Shown here piece by piece: positions 24,332 through 26,625 of a stretch of DNA of 26,625 nucleotides. This DNA comes from Utricularia gibba (lineage: Eukaryota; Plantae; Magnoliophyta): NCBI GenBank assembly GCA_002189035.1, contig NEEC01000482.1, positions 1-26,625 of the forward strand. The letters run 5' to 3'. The notes under the pieces are model-generated. The model saw only the letters and a list, made by a program, of their open reading frames with translations. It searched no databases and had not been told where the DNA came from. Each line of letters opens with the position of its first letter. Positions within the stretch are counted from its first letter, which is position 1. Position numbers and translations under genes: made by a program.

Positions 24332-26625
24332 GAACCGTTCTGACCCAAGGTTCGGTCTGACTCCTTTGCCACATCGGGTCCTACTCGACGAAAATCGTGA
24401 TGCAGTTATTGAAGTTAGGATTCATGAGCACCCAAAATGGTTTTCTCAACCGCATGCTTTATATTTGAGGAGGCGCTCTCGTGGGGCAACGGTATCGAGC
24501 AGGAGTCGAGTCGAGCTCGGGCCCATAGTCATTTGTAGCTCGGCAAAAAATTGATGCATTTATTAACGTTGGGTTTTAATAGGCTGCCTACATGTTTTCT
24601 CAAGGAAAAGCTTGTCGTTTTTGGGCGGGTGATTTCGTTGGAACTTCGTTCTGACCCAAGGTTCGGTCTGACTCCTTTGCCACATCGGGTCCTACTCGAC
24701 GAAAATCGTGATGCAGTTATTGAAGTTAGGATGTCATGAGCACCCAAAATGGTTTTCTCAACCGCATGCTTTATATTTGATAAGGCGCTCTCGTGGGCAA
24801 CGGTATCGAGTAGGAGGTCGAGTCGAGCTCGGGCCCATAGTCATTTGTAGCTCGGCAAAAAACTTGATGCATTTATTAACGTTGGTTTTAATAGGCTGCC
24901 TACATGTTTTCTCAAGGAAAAGCTTGTCGTTTTTGGGCGGGTGATGTCGTTGTGAACTTCGTTCTGACCCAAGGTTCGGTCTGTCTCCTTTGCAAATCGG
25001 TCCTACTCGACGAAAATCGTGATGCAGTTATTGAAGTTAGGATTTCATGAGCACCCAAAATGGTTTTCTCAACGCATGCTTTATTGAGGAGGCGCTCTCG
25101 TGGGGCAACGGTATCGGCAAAGGTCGAGTCGGGCTCGCCCAGAGTCATTTTAGCCCAAAAAATGATGCATTTATTAACGTTGGGTTTTAATAGGCTGCCT
25201 ACATGGTTTCTCAAGGAAAAGCTTGTCGTTTCTGGGCGGGTGATGTCTTTGGAACTTCGTTCTGACCAAGGTTCGGTCTGACTCCTTTGCCACATCGGGT
25301 CCTACTCGACGAAAATCGTGATGCAGTTATTGAAGTTAGGATCATGAGCACCCAAAATGGTTTTCTCAACCGCATGCTTTATATTTGAGGAGGCGCTCTC
25401 GTGGGGCAACGGTATCGAGCAGGAGGTCGAGTCGAGCTCGGGCCCATAGTCATTTGTAGCTCGGCAAAAAACTTGATGCATTTATTAACGTTGGGTTTTA
25501 ATAGGCTGCCTACATGTTTTTCTCAAGGAAAAGCTTGTCGTTTTTGGGCGGGTGATGTCGTTGTGAACTTCGTTCTGACCCAAGGTTCGGTCTGACTCCT
25601 TTGCCACATCGGGTCCTACTCGACGAAAATCGTGATGCAGTTATTGAAGTTAGGATTCATGAGCACCCAAAATGGTTTTCTCAACCGCATGCTTTATATT
25701 TGATAAGGCTCTCGTGGGCAACGGTATCCGAGTCGAGCTCGGGCCCATAGTCATTTGTAGCTCGGCAAAAAACTTGATGCATTTATTAACGTTGGTTTTA
25801 ATAGGCTGCCTACATGGTTTTCTCAAGGAAAAGCTTGTCGTTTTTGGGCGGGTGATGTCGTTGGAACTTCGTTCTGACCCAAGGTTCGGTCTGTCCTTTG
25901 CCACATCGGTCCTACTCGACGAAAATCGTGATGCAGTATTGAAGTTAGGATTTCATGAGCACCCAAAATGGTTTTCTCAACCGCATGCTTTATATTTGAG
26001 GAGCGCTCTCGTGGGGCAACGGTATCGAGCAGGAGGTCGAGTCGAGCTCGGCCCCAGAGTCATTTGTAGCCCGGCAAAAAATTGATGCATTTATTAACGT
26101 TGGTTTTATTAGGCTGCCTACATAGTTTCTCAAGGAAAAGCTTGTCGTTTCTGGCGGTGATGTCGTTGGGAACTTCGTTCTGACCCAAGGTTCGTCTGAC
26201 TCCTTTGCCACATCGGGTCCTACTCGACGAAAATCGTGATGCAGTTATTGAAGTTAGGATTCATGAGCACCCAAAATGGTTTTCTCAACCGCATGCTTTA
26301 TATTTGAGGAGGCGCTCTCGTGGGGCAACGGTATCGAGCAGGAGGTCGAGTCGAGCTCGGGCCCATAGTCATTTGTAGCTCGGCAAAAAACTTGATGCAT
26401 TTATTAACGTTGGGTTTTAATAGGCTGCCTACATTGTTTTCTCAAGGAAAAGCTTGTCGTTTTTGGGCGGTGATGTCGTTGTGAACTTCGTTCTGACCCA
26501 AGGTTCGGTCTGACTCCTTTGCCACATCGGGTCCTACTCGACGAAAATCGTGATGCAGTTATTGAAGTTAGGATTCATGAGCACCCAAAATGGTTTTTCA
26601 ACCGCATGCTTTATATTTGATAAGG
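24332..26625. repeat. 3-monomer higher-order repeat resumes (two full units plus a partial unit)
   Basis: Monomers start at 24332 (GAGGAGG), 24641 (ATAAGG, GAGTAGG), 24954 (X), 25252 (GAGGAGG), 25565 (ATAAGG), 25864 (X), 26170 (GAGGAGG) and 26483 (ATAAGG). Confidence 0.7.

Larger units (their letters stand above)
1..26625. repeat. Tandem satellite DNA array: ~313-bp monomer, 86 full copies plus a partial copy; probably the Silene latifolia subtelomeric SacI/X43.1 family
   Basis: The anchor GAACTTCGTTC recurs about every 288-314 bp from position 2 to 26483 (2, 311, 621, 932, 1238, 1537, 1842 ... 25864, 26170, 26483), always on the same strand and with no intervening unique sequence. Consensus: TGAACTTCGTTCTGACCCAAGGTTCGGTCTGACTCCTTTGCCACATCGGGTCCTACTCGACGAAAATCGTGATGCAGTTATTGAAGTTAGGATTCATGAGCACCCAAAATGGTTTTCTCAACCGCATGCTTTATATTTGATAAGGCGCTCTCGTGGGGCAACGGTATCGAGCAGGAGGTCGAGTCGAGCTCGGGCCCATAGTCATTTGTAGCTCGGCAAAAAACTTGATGCATTTATTAACGTTGGTTTTAATAGGCTGCCTACATGGTTTTCTCAAGGAAAAGCTTGTCGTTTTTGGGCGGGTGATGTCGTTG (314 nt, 167 A+T = 53%). 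The tandem array itself is certain; the family name is about 0.75 confidence and rests on recalled properties. Confidence 0.98.

Noticed and set aside
87-26211. All ORFs in the six-frame track (60-175 aa, e.g. PHRVLLDENRDAVIEVRIHEHPKWFSQPHAL..., CIKFFAELQMTMG...)
   Set aside because: They are the same few translations of the repeat on both strands, switching frame at every indel. The consensus length is not held at a multiple of 3, stops occur in the consensus frames, many listed starts are non-ATG codons, and no protein motif is recognisable.
1-26625. Rolling-circle concatemer of a ~313-nt circle (viroid, satellite RNA, eccDNA or amplification artefact)
   Set aside because: Copies of one circle would differ only by random error. 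Here linked multi-site haplotypes recur in periodic order and change along the array, as in a genomic satellite.
1-26625. CRISPR array
   Set aside because: There are no unique spacers; the entire ~313 bp is repeated.

Overview
The whole 26,625-bp window is one uninterrupted head-to-tail satellite DNA array. It holds 86 complete monomers plus a partial 87th, all in the same orientation, with no genes, RNA genes, transposon pieces or CRISPR spacers. The monomer consensus I derived by eye is about 313-314 bp and about 53% A+T; individual copies measure 288-314 bp, mean about 308, because of frequent small deletions. Monomer length, A+T content, one SacI site per monomer, a near-KpnI site and degenerate plant-telomere-like motifs fit my recollection of the Silene latifolia subtelomeric SacI/X43.1 (distal-end) satellite. 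That assignment is recalled, not database-checked. All ORFs in the track are spurious translations of the repeat. The structure worth noting is internal: (1) each monomer is an old dimer of two diverged ~156-158 bp subunits; (2) linked variant monomers form higher-order repeats, roughly a 6-mer (~1.85 kb) on the left and a 3-mer (~0.92 kb) on the right; (3) allele composition switches at about 10.3-12.8 kb; (4) deletions fall on dimorphic positions, so this is probably an error-prone or partly collapsed long-read consensus. I see no evidence for a novel coding or ribozyme system.
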